Source: Chloroflexota bacterium (GTDB taxonomy: Bacteria; Chloroflexota; Dehalococcoidia; GIF9; UBA5629). From it: a DNA stretch of 64,000 nt. Each line of letters opens with the position of its first letter. Position 1 is the stretch's first letter. Below are positions 21,332-30,352 of the stretch, one piece after another. The stretch spans positions 505,934 through 569,933 of the forward strand of contig DAISKD010000001.1 in the NCBI GenBank assembly GCA_036821185.1. Direction: 5' to 3'. Below the pieces are notes generated by a model. The model did not search any database, had not been told where the DNA came from, and was given only the letters and a program-made list of their open reading frames with translations. A program made the position numbers and the translations under genes.

Positions 21332-21867
21332 AAACAAAGGAAAGGAGCACCATGGTTAAAGAGTACCCCCTGGAAGGCGTCAGGACCTACGACCTCAATA
21401 TCCTGCCCGACGAGCGTGGCTTTTTCGCCGAGGCACTGAGGCAGGACTGGAAGGAATTCATTGACGAATGGATCGTCCAGGTGAACCTGAGCTATAGCTA
21501 CCCCGGCATGGTCAGGGCCTGGCACCGGCACCTTCGCGGGCAGGTGGACTATTTTCTGGTAGTACAGGGGGCGATGAAAATCTGCGCCTATGACGAAGGA
21601 ACTCGAAGGCTTGCCGAGGTGATCGCCAGCGCAGCAAAGCCCACCCTGGTCAGAATTCCAGGCCACTATCTCCACGGGACCAAAACAGTAGGCAACCAGC
21701 CATCACTTACCGTCTATTTCGTCACCCGACTTTATGACTACAACGAGCCGGACGAGGAACGCCGCCCCTGGAACGATGCCTCCATCGTCCCCGTCGAGAT
21801 CAACGGCAACAGGAACGACTTGCGTGTGGGCAAGCCCTGGGACTGGTTCTACCCACCACACAAGTAG
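21328..21867 (+). CDS. rmlC: dTDP-4-dehydrorhamnose 3,5-epimerase
   Basis: The protein has a cupin fold and the sequence [13 protein letters not shown]. Its start overlaps the rmlA stop. Confidence 0.8.
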   Translation: MKTKERSTMVKEYPLEGVRTYDLNILPDERGFFAEALRQDWKEFIDEWIVQVNLSYSYPGMVRAWHRHLRGQVDYFLVVQGAMKICAYDEGTRRLAEVIASAAKPTLVRIPGHYLHGTKTVGNQPSLTVYFVTRLYDYNEPDEERRPWNDASIVPVEINGNRNDLRVGKPWDWFYPPHK

Positions 21868-22007
21868 CAGTCTAAGGAGGTCAAAATGGGTAAAAAAGTG
21901 CTGGTGACCGGAGGGTGTGGGTATATCAGCCACCATCCGGGGAAGGCGACTCCTAAAGACAAAAACTCGCCCATCTCAAAAAACGCGAGTCTACCAAGAG
22001 GCACGAA

Positions 22008-23012
22008 ATGAGGTTACTTGTTACGGGCGGTGCCGGGTTTATTGGCAGCAACTTCATTCACTACGCCATAAACGAGCATCCAGATTGGCAGATAACCAAC
22101 CTGGACAAACTCACCTATGCCGGTAATCTGGAAAACCTCAAAGATTTAGAGGGCAATGCGCGCTATCGCTTCGTCAAAGGTGATATAGCTAATAGGAGAC
22201 TGATTGACAGGCTACTGGGCGAGGGGGTCGATGTTATTGTGAACTTTGCCGCCGAAAGCCATGTTGACCGCAGCATTTTGGATGCCTCGCCGTTCATCGA
22301 AACCAACGTCAAGGGAACCCAGGTACTTCTCGAAGGTGCCAGAAAATATAGTATAACCAAATTTATCCAGGTGTCCACGGATGAAGTCTATGGCTCAATT
22401 GAGAACGGTCGTTTCACCGAGAAATCACCCTTAGCTCCCAGCAGCCCCTATTCCGCTAGCAAAGCCGCAGCCGACCTTTTGTGCCTTGCTTACTACAAAA
22501 CTCACCGCGTGCCGGTGATCATTACCCGCTGCACCAACAACTTTGGACCATATCAAGTTCCTGAGAAGTTAATTCCTCTGGCTATCACCAATGTCCTGGA
22601 GGATAAGCCCATCCCGGTGTATGGAGATGGGCTCAATGTCAGAGACTGGATTTTTGTCATTGACCACTGCCGTGCCTTGGACGCTGTAATTCAGAAAGGC
22701 AAGCCCGGAGAAATATACAACATCGGTGGCGGTAACGAGAAAACCAACCTGGAGCTCATCCACAGGCTACTGGAGTTATTGAACAAACCACGAAGCCTGA
22801 TACAGTTCGTCGCTGACCGACCAGCCCACGACCGCCGCTATGCCCTGGATTGCACCAAAATAGCCAATGAGCTGGGCTGGCAGCCAGTTTACTCCTTTGA
22901 CAAAGCCTTAAGTGCTACTGTGGACTGGTACCTCAAGAACGAGTCCTGGTGGCGGTCAATTAAAAGTGGCGAGTACGCCAAATACTACAGGAAGATGTAT
23001 CTGAAAAGGTGA
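22008..23012 (+). CDS. rmlB: dTDP-glucose 4,6-dehydratase
   Basis: The N-terminal motif VTGGAGFIGSNF is present. The YxxxK motif YSASK is present. The C-terminal sequence GWQP is present. Confidence 0.9.
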   Translation: MRLLVTGGAGFIGSNFIHYAINEHPDWQITNLDKLTYAGNLENLKDLEGNARYRFVKGDIANRRLIDRLLGEGVDVIVNFAAESHVDRSILDASPFIETNVKGTQVLLEGARKYSITKFIQVSTDEVYGSIENGRFTEKSPLAPSSPYSASKAAADLLCLAYYKTHRVPVIITRCTNNFGPYQVPEKLIPLAITNVLEDKPIPVYGDGLNVRDWIFVIDHCRALDAVIQKGKPGEIYNIGGGNEKTNLELIHRLLELLNKPRSLIQFVADRPAHDRRYALDCTKIANELGWQPVYSFDKALSATVDWYLKNESWWRSIKSGEYAKYYRKMYLKR

Positions 23013-23878
23013 AGATAGCAGTCACTGGTGCCAACGGGCAACTGGGTACAGATCTGTGCCAGGTATTGTCTGATTTCAATGTCATCCCCCTTAGCCATGT
23101 CGATATCGAAATCACGGACATGGTTTCTGTACGAGAAGTGTTCCTGAGACACAAGCCGGACGTCATCATTAACACTGCTGCCTACGTTCGAGTCGACGAC
23201 TGTGAGGACGATCCTGACAGGGCTTTTCTGATAAATGCCATCGGCGCCCGCAACGTCGCCGTGGTGGCGGAGGAGATCGGCGCCAAACTGGTCCATATCA
23301 GCACCGACTATGTCTTCGGTGGCGAGCCTCAAGCCCGCACCACACCTTATACCGAGTTTGACACTCCCGTCCCACCAAACATATATGGCAAGTCCAAGCT
23401 GGCAGGGGAGGACTTCGTCCGCCACCTTTGCCACAGGCACTTCATCGTCCGGGTCTCCGCTCTGTTCGGCACCGCCGGCTCCAGCGGCAAGGGAGGCAAC
23501 TTCATCGAGACCATGATACGGCTAGCAAAGGAACGCCCTCAGCTTACCGTGGTCAACGACCAGGTCTTCTCCCCCACCTATACCAGAGACCTCGCTGGCA
23601 AAATAGCCTGGCTCATCACCACCGAACACTATGGCACCTTCCACATCACCAACAGAGGCACCTGCTCCTGGTACGATTTCGCCACGGAAATACTGAGACA
23701 GACCGGGCTGTCCACACCTGTCGTCCCCATCACCTCAGACCAGTACCCACAGAAAGCCCGCCGCCCCCGCTACTCGGTGCTGGACAACTACCACCTCCGC
23801 CTTCTGGGTGCCGACGACATGAGGCACTGGCAGGAAGCCCTTACCGACTACCTGAAGAACAAGGGGCACATCTCGTGA
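23009..23878 (+). CDS. rmlD: dTDP-4-dehydrorhamnose reductase
   Basis: The N-terminus MKIAVTGANGQLG is present. The YxxxK motif YGKSK is present. The gene is overlap-coupled to rmlB. Confidence 0.85.
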   Translation: MKIAVTGANGQLGTDLCQVLSDFNVIPLSHVDIEITDMVSVREVFLRHKPDVIINTAAYVRVDDCEDDPDRAFLINAIGARNVAVVAEEIGAKLVHISTDYVFGGEPQARTTPYTEFDTPVPPNIYGKSKLAGEDFVRHLCHRHFIVRVSALFGTAGSSGKGGNFIETMIRLAKERPQLTVVNDQVFSPTYTRDLAGKIAWLITTEHYGTFHITNRGTCSWYDFATEILRQTGLSTPVVPITSDQYPQKARRPRYSVLDNYHLRLLGADDMRHWQEALTDYLKNKGHIS

Positions 23879-25026
23879 CAGAGGTTAGGAAAAATACGTC
23901 TGATGTGGTCATCATCGGCGCCGGCGTTATCGGCTGCAGCATCGCCTTTCATCTGGCAAAGCTCGGCTCCTGGGACATAACCGTACTGGAAAAGGACGAT
24001 ATCGGCTCCGGCTCCACTGGCAAATGCGCCGGCGGCATCAGACAGCAGTTCTCAACAGAAGCCAATATCCGGTTGTCCATAGAAAGCGTTCGCTTCTTCG
24101 AACATTTCGAAGAAGAAACCGGTTACCACGCCGACTTCCGCCAGAACGGCTACCTCATGCTGGCGACCACAGAAGAGGAAGTCGAAGCCTTCAAACGGAA
24201 CGTGGCATTACAGCGCAGGCTCGGCGTGGATGTCAGTCTCCTCACCCGGCAGGAGGTCAAGGGGCTTGTCCCCGCCCTCAACACCGATGATGTGCTGACA
24301 GCAAGCTACTGTCCCTCAGACGGCTATGCCGACCCTTACTGCGTGGTACAGGGCTTTGCCCGCGCCGCCAGAGAGATGGGGGTGAAGTTCCGTCGGGAGA
24401 CGGAGGTCACCGTGATCCAGAGACAAGGGCAGTCATGGAAAATCATAACCACACAGGGGGACTACTACTGCTCCATCCTGGTAATCGCTGCCGGCGCTTA
24501 TAGCGGCAACGTCGGCAAAATGCTCGGACTCGATGTGCCCCTTCATCCCCACCGCCGCCACCTGTTTATCACCGCCCCTTCTGACCAGATTCCTAAAAAT
24601 TCGCCGCTCGTCGTTGAATTCCGCACCGGCTTCTGGTTCCGCAGGGAAGGGCTCTGCCTCATCTTCGGCATGCGCAATCCAGACGAACCCCAGGGATTTG
24701 ACACCACCGTTGACTGGGGCTTTCTCCCCGCAATCGGCATCGTCGCCCAGAAACGCCTGCCTCTGCTCAATGAACTCAGCATCACCTCAGCCCAAGCTGG
24801 GCTTCACGATGATACACCTGACAGTAACGCCATCATAGGCAGAGTACCGGACATTGACGATCTTTATCTCGTCTGCGGTTTCAGCGGCCACGGCTTCATG
24901 CACTCACCAGCGGTAGGCAGAATAGTCGCCGATTTAATTGCAGGCAAAGACGCTCCGGACCTCGCCTGTTTCGCCCTGGAAAGATTCAAGCTCGGTAAAA
25001 TAACAACTGAAGGCTGTTTCATTTAG
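23875..25026 (+). CDS. FAD-dependent oxidoreductase (DAO family). GTG start overlapping the rmlD stop; the long ORF-track N-terminal extension is in rmlD's alternate frame and is rejected.
   Basis: The dinucleotide-binding motif VVIIGAGVIGCSIAFHLAK lies immediately after the GTG. The C-terminus has GFSGHGFMHSPAVG. Confidence 0.7.
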   Translation: MTEVRKNTSDVVIIGAGVIGCSIAFHLAKLGSWDITVLEKDDIGSGSTGKCAGGIRQQFSTEANIRLSIESVRFFEHFEEETGYHADFRQNGYLMLATTEEEVEAFKRNVALQRRLGVDVSLLTRQEVKGLVPALNTDDVLTASYCPSDGYADPYCVVQGFARAAREMGVKFRRETEVTVIQRQGQSWKIITTQGDYYCSILVIAAGAYSGNVGKMLGLDVPLHPHRRHLFITAPSDQIPKNSPLVVEFRTGFWFRREGLCLIFGMRNPDEPQGFDTTVDWGFLPAIGIVAQKRLPLLNELSITSAQAGLHDDTPDSNAIIGRVPDIDDLYLVCGFSGHGFMHSPAVGRIVADLIAGKDAPDLACFALERFKLGKITTEGCFI

Positions 25027-25029
25027 ACG

Positions 25030-26238
25030 ATGTCCCCTTTTGAGTCCGCTGCAAGCCCTAAAGATCAAAAGTACCTCCTTATAGCCTTTGTCGGCTCGCG
25101 GGGGATCCCCGGCGCCTACGGAGGCGCCGAGACCTTCGTCGAGGAAATCGCGCCCAGACTGCTACAGCAGGGCTTCCGCGTCTGCGTCACCTGCGAGTCC
25201 GCCGGGTTCGGCGAAGACGATTATCAGGGCATCATCAGGCTGCACATCCCCGCCCCCCAGGGCAAGACGCTCACCATACCGGCGATTAACGATATCCTGG
25301 CTACCATCTGCCTCCTGTGGAAACGTCCGAAGGTCAGCCTGATATACTTTGTGGCGCCGGATGGTGCCCTGGCAGCCGTCCTCCCCCGCGTCCTGGGCAA
25401 AAAGGTGGTGGTCAACACCGACGGTCTGGAATGGAAGCGCCCTACTTTGAGACGCCCCTATTTTTCACCCTTCTGGAAATGCCTCGCACCGCTTACCGCA
25501 TGGTACCTCAAATTTTCCGAATGGCTGGCGGTGAACATAGCCCACAGGGTAATCGCCGACTCCTCAGTCATCAAGGAGTACCTGGAAAAGAGCTACCACA
25601 CCCCCAAAGCCGTTTACATTCCCTATGGCGCTAGGGCATTGCTCACCGCCGGGACCACCATCAGCCAGGAACAGGGGGTGCTCGACAGCTTTGGTCTATC
25701 GCCCCAGGGCTACTATCTCACCGTCGGCAGGGTCGTGGCGGAGAACAACATCCACCTTGGACTGAAAGGTTTCAAAAAGTCGGGCTCGAGCCGCAAGCTG
25801 GTCATCATCGGCAACTTCAACCCCAAAGACGGTTACAACCGCTTCCTGTGGGAACTCAAGGACAATGCCGCAAACATAATATTCCTCGACCCGATATACG
25901 ATAAACAGGTGCTCGGCGCGCTCAGAAAAAACTGCTTCGCCTACATCCACGCCTATGAGCTGGGCGGCACCAACCCCTCACTACTGGAGCAGATGGTCTA
26001 CGGTCGCCCTGTACTGGCGTACGACGTACCCTTCCACCGCGAGGTGCTAGGCGATGGCGGCATTTACTTCAATAGCGAGGACGAGCTGGCACGGCATATC
26101 GCCGCTCTGGAAAGCGGGAGCTACGACCTGGACCGGCTCGCCGCCTCGATGTCCCAGCGGCTTGCCGAAGAGTACAACTGGAGGTCGGTCACCGAGAAAT
26201 ACAGCGCCCTTTTCCGGGAAATGCTGTCACCACCATAA
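25030..26238 (+). CDS. Family 1 (GT4) glycosyltransferase
   Basis: The protein has a GT-B fold. The C-terminal E-x7-E-like region YIHAYELGGTNPSLLEQM is present. Confidence 0.75.
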   Translation: MSPFESAASPKDQKYLLIAFVGSRGIPGAYGGAETFVEEIAPRLLQQGFRVCVTCESAGFGEDDYQGIIRLHIPAPQGKTLTIPAINDILATICLLWKRPKVSLIYFVAPDGALAAVLPRVLGKKVVVNTDGLEWKRPTLRRPYFSPFWKCLAPLTAWYLKFSEWLAVNIAHRVIADSSVIKEYLEKSYHTPKAVYIPYGARALLTAGTTISQEQGVLDSFGLSPQGYYLTVGRVVAENNIHLGLKGFKKSGSSRKLVIIGNFNPKDGYNRFLWELKDNAANIIFLDPIYDKQVLGALRKNCFAYIHAYELGGTNPSLLEQMVYGRPVLAYDVPFHREVLGDGGIYFNSEDELARHIAALESGSYDLDRLAASMSQRLAEEYNWRSVTEKYSALFREMLSPP

Positions 26239-26247
26239 CAACTCCAC

Positions 26248-27156
26248 ATGGGAGACTGGCTCACTAACATGGATGCAAGCATCATTGTGCTCACCAAAAA
26301 CGCCGGCGAAGGCTGGGAGAGACTGCTCCAGCGCCTGTTTTCGCAGAATTTCAACGGCGATTATGAGGTCATCGTCATAGACTCCGGCTCCAGCGATGGC
26401 ACGGTGACCACAGCGCAACGTTTCCCGGTGAGGCTGGTGCAGATACCGACCCATGAATTCCACCACGGCAGGACGAGGAACCTCGGCGCCGGGCTTGCCC
26501 GCGGTAGCATCCTGGTCTACATCACCCAGGACGCCCTGCCACTTCGGGACGACTGGCTCCAAAAGCTTACCGCTAACTTCGCCGACCCCTCGGTAGCCAT
26601 GGTGTGCGGCCGACAAGTCCCCTGGGAAAACACCAAACCGCCGGAGAAGTTCTTCCATCTGTACAACTTCCCCGATTTCAAAATCCGCATCACCTCACAC
26701 GACCCGGACTACTACCACGATAACCTGTTCATCTCCGATGTCAACTCAGCCCTCAGAAAGGAGGTCTGGCAGCAGTCCCGCTTCTCGGACAAAGTCGTCG
26801 TGGCTGAGGACAAAGAGCTGGCAAAGCGCCTGCTCGATGCCGGCTGGACAATTATCTATGACCCTGAAGCCGCCGTGTACCACGCCCACGACCTCACCCT
26901 CCGCAGCGTTTTTGACCGATATGTCCTTTTCGGCATCGCCCTTGCCCAGGGTGCCGGTGGTCTCCCCCGCTCCAGGAACTGGGTTGCCCACCGTCTCGGC
27001 TACATATTCCAGGAGATCAAATTCGTCCTCTCCACAGGACGCTGGTGGTACTGGCTACCCTATTCCATAGCCTACGAGCTGAGCAAGCTCTGCGGCATCG
27101 CCTGCGGCTGGCTGTCCTCTCTTTTAAGGAAATGGCTAACCCGCCGGACAATGTAA
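26248..27156 (+). CDS. Family 2 glycosyltransferase
   Basis: The N-terminus has SIIVLTKNAGE and VIVIDSGSSDGT. The DxD motif TQDA is present. Confidence 0.75.
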   Translation: MGDWLTNMDASIIVLTKNAGEGWERLLQRLFSQNFNGDYEVIVIDSGSSDGTVTTAQRFPVRLVQIPTHEFHHGRTRNLGAGLARGSILVYITQDALPLRDDWLQKLTANFADPSVAMVCGRQVPWENTKPPEKFFHLYNFPDFKIRITSHDPDYYHDNLFISDVNSALRKEVWQQSRFSDKVVVAEDKELAKRLLDAGWTIIYDPEAAVYHAHDLTLRSVFDRYVLFGIALAQGAGGLPRSRNWVAHRLGYIFQEIKFVLSTGRWWYWLPYSIAYELSKLCGIACGWLSSLLRKWLTRRTM

Positions 27157-27286
27157 GCCCCTCGGCTCCCTGCTTACCCTCTTCCTCCATAGACCGTGAC
27201 TATGAACAACGACTGCCTAGTTACCTCTCCCTCAATGCAACGCAAGCCACCCGATTTCCTACTTACCATCTCCTATGGACCTCAAT

Positions 27287-27444
27287 TTTCCCTCTAGGGA
27301 GAGGGTTAGGGTGAAGGTTAGTGAGCCCCTCGATTTACCCTCTCCCTTGAGGGAGAGGGAATAGCTTCTTCTTTTGTGACCCAGCCTTCACGATTTACCC
27401 TCTCCCTTGAGGGAGAGGGTTAGGGTGAGGGTGAAATCAACCCC
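27287..27444. repeat. Three tandem copies of a palindromic, G-rich intergenic repeat, about 45–60 bp each, ending 27 bp upstream of wzm. Core: CGATTTACCCTCTCCC-TTGA-GGGAGAGGG-TTAGGGTGAGGGTGAAA.
   Basis: Copies lie at about 27287–27331, 27331–27390 and 27391–27444. Each contains the hairpin CCCTCTCCC-N4-GGGAGAGGG. The third carries a perfect (G3N3)x4 tract, GGGAGAGGGTTAGGGTGAGGG. Confidence 0.6.
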
Positions 27445-27470
27445 GCAAACAGTTACAATACATACAAAAA

Positions 27471-28223
27471 ATGTGGCAGTACAGAGAACTAATCCAGAAC
27501 CTGACTGTAGCCGAGTTCAAAAACCGCTACCAGAACACCACCCTCGGCTTCTTCTGGTCGCTGCTAAGCCCCCTGCTCCTCTCCATGGTCCTCTGGTTCG
27601 TCTTCAGGAACTTATTCCGCCAGGAGGAGAACTTCGCCGCCAACCTCCTGGTGGGCATAATGGCGTGGCGCTTCTTCGCCACCGCCACCTCATCCGCCCT
27701 GGGGGCGGTGGTGGGCAAGCCCAGCCTGGTGACCAAGGTCTATATCCCGCGGCAGATACTGGTGCTGAGCAATGTACTGGCAAACCTCATCAGCTCCCTC
27801 CTGGAGTTCCTCGTCCTCCTGCCCATCCTCTTCGTCCTGCTCAAGTACCTTCCCATCACCGTGCTACTCTTTCCCCTGGTGCATATCGTCTACCTACTGT
27901 TCATCTACGGCATCGGTCTGTTCCTCTCCGCACTGTACGTCTACTTCCGCGACCTCAACCAGATATGGGAGGTGCTGATAAACATCCTGTTCTTCTGTTC
28001 CCCCATCATCTACCCCCCGTCCATAGTCCCGGCATACCTCATGCCCTACTATGCCCTTAACCCCATGACCCAGTTCATAACCGCCTACCGCGACCTTATG
28101 GTCGCCGGCAGGCTGCCACAAGCCCTCAGCATAGCCGGCCTCATCGTCGTTGCCATCGTCGCCTGGTTCGTGGGCAACCTTATCTTCAACCGTCTCCAGC
28201 GCCGCTTCGCCGAGGAGATATAG
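27471..28223 (+). CDS. wzm: ABC-2 polysaccharide export permease (Wzm/TagG/KpsM type)
   Basis: The protein is a 250-aa six-TM ABC-2 permease. It lies directly upstream of the matching ATPase. Confidence 0.8.
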   Translation: MWQYRELIQNLTVAEFKNRYQNTTLGFFWSLLSPLLLSMVLWFVFRNLFRQEENFAANLLVGIMAWRFFATATSSALGAVVGKPSLVTKVYIPRQILVLSNVLANLISSLLEFLVLLPILFVLLKYLPITVLLFPLVHIVYLLFIYGIGLFLSALYVYFRDLNQIWEVLINILFFCSPIIYPPSIVPAYLMPYYALNPMTQFITAYRDLMVAGRLPQALSIAGLIVVAIVAWFVGNLIFNRLQRRFAEEI

Positions 28224-28282
28224 CCCATGCTTACCGTCGCTAGTGTTCCGCTGAACGCTAAAGCCCGCCACATGCAGGGCAG

Positions 28283-28362
28283 ATGTGAAGGCCCTTCCCT
28301 CTCCCTTGAGAGGGAGTCAGGCGGAGGCATTTCCCTCTCCCGTCAGGAAGAGGGTCAGGATG
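28283..28362. repeat. Two further copies of the same palindromic repeat family between wzm and wzt. The G-rich tail overlaps the wzt ribosome-binding site.
   Basis: The copies TTCCCTCTCCCTTGAGAGGGAG and TTTCCCTCTCCCGTCAGGAAGAGGGTCAGGATGAGGGTGTAAA are present. The second ends immediately before the ATG at 28373. Confidence 0.55.
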
Positions 28363-28372
28363 AGGGTGTAAA

Positions 28373-29107
28373 ATGTCTGCAGTAATTGCCCAAAACATCT
28401 CAAAAAGGTTCCGCATCCCCAAAGAAAAAAAGACCACCCTCTTCCAGAACATCGTCGGGCTGGTCAAAAGACAGTTCGACTACGAGGAGTTCTGGGCGCT
28501 GAAAGGCGTCAGCTTCGAGGTAAACAGAGGCGAGACCTTTGGCATCATCGGCAGGAACGGCTCCGGCAAGACGACGCTGCTCAAGATACTGGCGAAGGTG
28601 CTGTACCCGGACGGAGGCACGGTGACCATAAACGGTAAGGTCGCTTCCTTCCTGGAGCTCGGCGTCGGCTTCCAGCCTGAGCTCACCGCCCGCGACAACG
28701 TCTACATCTACGCCTCCATCCTCGGCATGGGGCGGAAACAGGTGGACAAGGTATACGATGATATCTTCGAGTTCGCCGAGCTTAAAAAGTTCCAGGACAT
28801 GAAGCTCAAAAACTACTCCTCCGGCATGTACCTCCGACTCGCCTTCTCCACAGCCATCCACGCCCGTCCTGAGACCATGCTCGTGGACGAGGTCCTGGCG
28901 GTGGGCGATGAGGCCTTCCAGAAAAAGTGCATGGCTAAGATAAACGAATTCAGAAGGCAGGGCATGACCATCATCCTGGTCTCACATGATCTGGGTATGG
29001 TCAGCGAGCTCTGCCAGCGCTCCCTGCTGCTCGACGCCGGGAGGGTGCTCTCCTTGGGCAATACGGAAAAGGTGATCGCCGATTACCACTCCTTGCTCCA
29101 GCGCTAG
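28373..29107 (+). CDS. wzt: Polysaccharide export ABC transporter ATP-binding protein (short Wzt/TagH/KpsT type with no C-terminal carbohydrate-binding domain)
   Basis: The Walker A motif GRNGSGKTTLLK, the signature motif YSSGM and the Walker B motif MLVDEVL are present. The protein is 244 aa. Confidence 0.85.
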   Translation: MSAVIAQNISKRFRIPKEKKTTLFQNIVGLVKRQFDYEEFWALKGVSFEVNRGETFGIIGRNGSGKTTLLKILAKVLYPDGGTVTINGKVASFLELGVGFQPELTARDNVYIYASILGMGRKQVDKVYDDIFEFAELKKFQDMKLKNYSSGMYLRLAFSTAIHARPETMLVDEVLAVGDEAFQKKCMAKINEFRRQGMTIILVSHDLGMVSELCQRSLLLDAGRVLSLGNTEKVIADYHSLLQR

Positions 29108-29153
29108 TTTCTGACCAGATTATTGACCCCAGATCTGATACATTCTATACTAA

Positions 29154-30352
29154 AATCTAAAATCTGGAGGCATCATAAACAGTGCAGCAACTCCTCAGCA
29201 ACCTACACCCCGGGCTATCATCCTGGTAACGCTGGACGCCCTCCGGGCTGACCACCTGGGGTGCTACGGTTACCCCCCACCCACCAGCCCTTTCCTGGAC
29301 AGCCTGGCATCGGATAGCATCGTCTTCGAATATGCTTTTTCGCCTATACCGCTCACCACTCCCTCCCACACCTCCATCCTCACCGGCGGATATCCCGGGT
29401 TTCACTCCATCGGCTTCCATAACGGCGACCGGCCCCTGAGCAGAGACCAGGAGGTCACCCTTCCCCAGCGCGAACTCAACCGCCCCCACGAGCCCAGGCA
29501 CAGCGCCGACCGTACCACCGCAGCGGTGCTCGACTGGCTTGGCATCCACCACACCTCCCCTTTCTTTCTCTGGGTGCACTACGGAGAGCCGCATGGACCT
29601 TACACCCCACCACCTCCCTACGATAACCTTTTCGTGGGCAATAAACTCTATGGCACCCCCCGTTTTCTGGAAAAAGTCCCCGATTGGGAAACAGGTGGTA
29701 TTCCACATTACCAGGTGCTCAAGCCCCGGCGCGATGCCGATGGCAACCTCATGGACTATGAAAAAGACCTCGCCTACTACTGGTCTTCCACGGTCTCACC
29801 GTCACCCTAGAGCAGGTGTATGTACCGCTGTTGATAAAGCCCCCCTCGCAGAGCCAGCTAAGACCGGTACGGTTCGGCATGCCTGTAAGCACCATCGACA
29901 TCATGCCCACCGTCCTCGCCTGGCTGGGACAGTATGCACAGTACCTGACGCTTCAGGGAATGAACTTGCTGCCGTCCCTTCAGGACAGCCTCATTTCCCT
30001 GCCGCAGCGGTACATATTCTCCGAGATCCCAACCCAGCTTTCGGTAATCAGCGGTCGCCTCCAGCTACTCTACGGCAAGGAAAAAAAGGACATGTCCTAT
30101 CCCCGGGTGCCGGCGGTGGAAGAGCTGAGGCTCATCGACCATACAGCCGACCCACTGGGCAGACGTGACCTTTCCACAGAATGCTCTGAGACCGCAACAG
30201 CGCTCAAGACCGCCGCCGAGTCCTATCTCAAGATTCCCCAGCCATCTTACACCGAAGGACAGCTTCCCCCAGGATGCAGAAGAAATAAGACTGCGATTGA
30301 AACAGCTTGGCCATGTGTATTAACATACTGTGGGAGAGGCAAACAAGGTTAA
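29154..30352 (+). pseudogene. Sulfatase-family gene (PF00884, alkaline phosphatase superfamily), disrupted. It has no canonical start codon, and the reading frame switches at a short poly-A run near 29760, from frame 0 (ORF 29526–29810) to frame 2 (ORF 29816–30352).
   Basis: The N-terminal part reads IILVTLDALRADHLGCYGY, then LTTPSHTSILTG, then WVHYGEPHGPY, in a frame with no ATG/GTG/TTG after the upstream stop at 29151. The C-terminal part reads LLLVFHGLTV...VYVPLLIKPP...STIDIMPTVLAWLG and is open from 29762 in a different frame. Confidence 0.6.

Noticed and set aside
23428-23874. N-terminal 150-aa extension of the FAD-oxidoreductase ORF
   Set aside because: It lies in the alternate frame of rmlD and is Pro/Arg/His-rich low-complexity sequence. 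The flavin-binding motif starts right after the GTG at 23875.
27407-28060. 217-aa ORF overlapping wzm
   Set aside because: It is the alternate frame of the wzm permease and is Pro/His/Arg-rich. wzm has the expected six-TM profile.
27287-28362. Possible CRISPR array, because of the repeated palindromic units
   Set aside because: There are only 2–3 copies per locus with irregular spacing, the copies are imperfect, and there are no unique spacers of uniform length and no cas genes.
29760-29766. Programmed -1 ribosomal frameshift at the poly-A run in the sulfatase-like gene
   Set aside because: Only single-tRNA slippage is possible because the P-site codon would re-pair with UGA. There is no downstream stimulatory structure, and the gene also lacks a start codon. 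A pseudogene or a sequencing error is more parsimonious.
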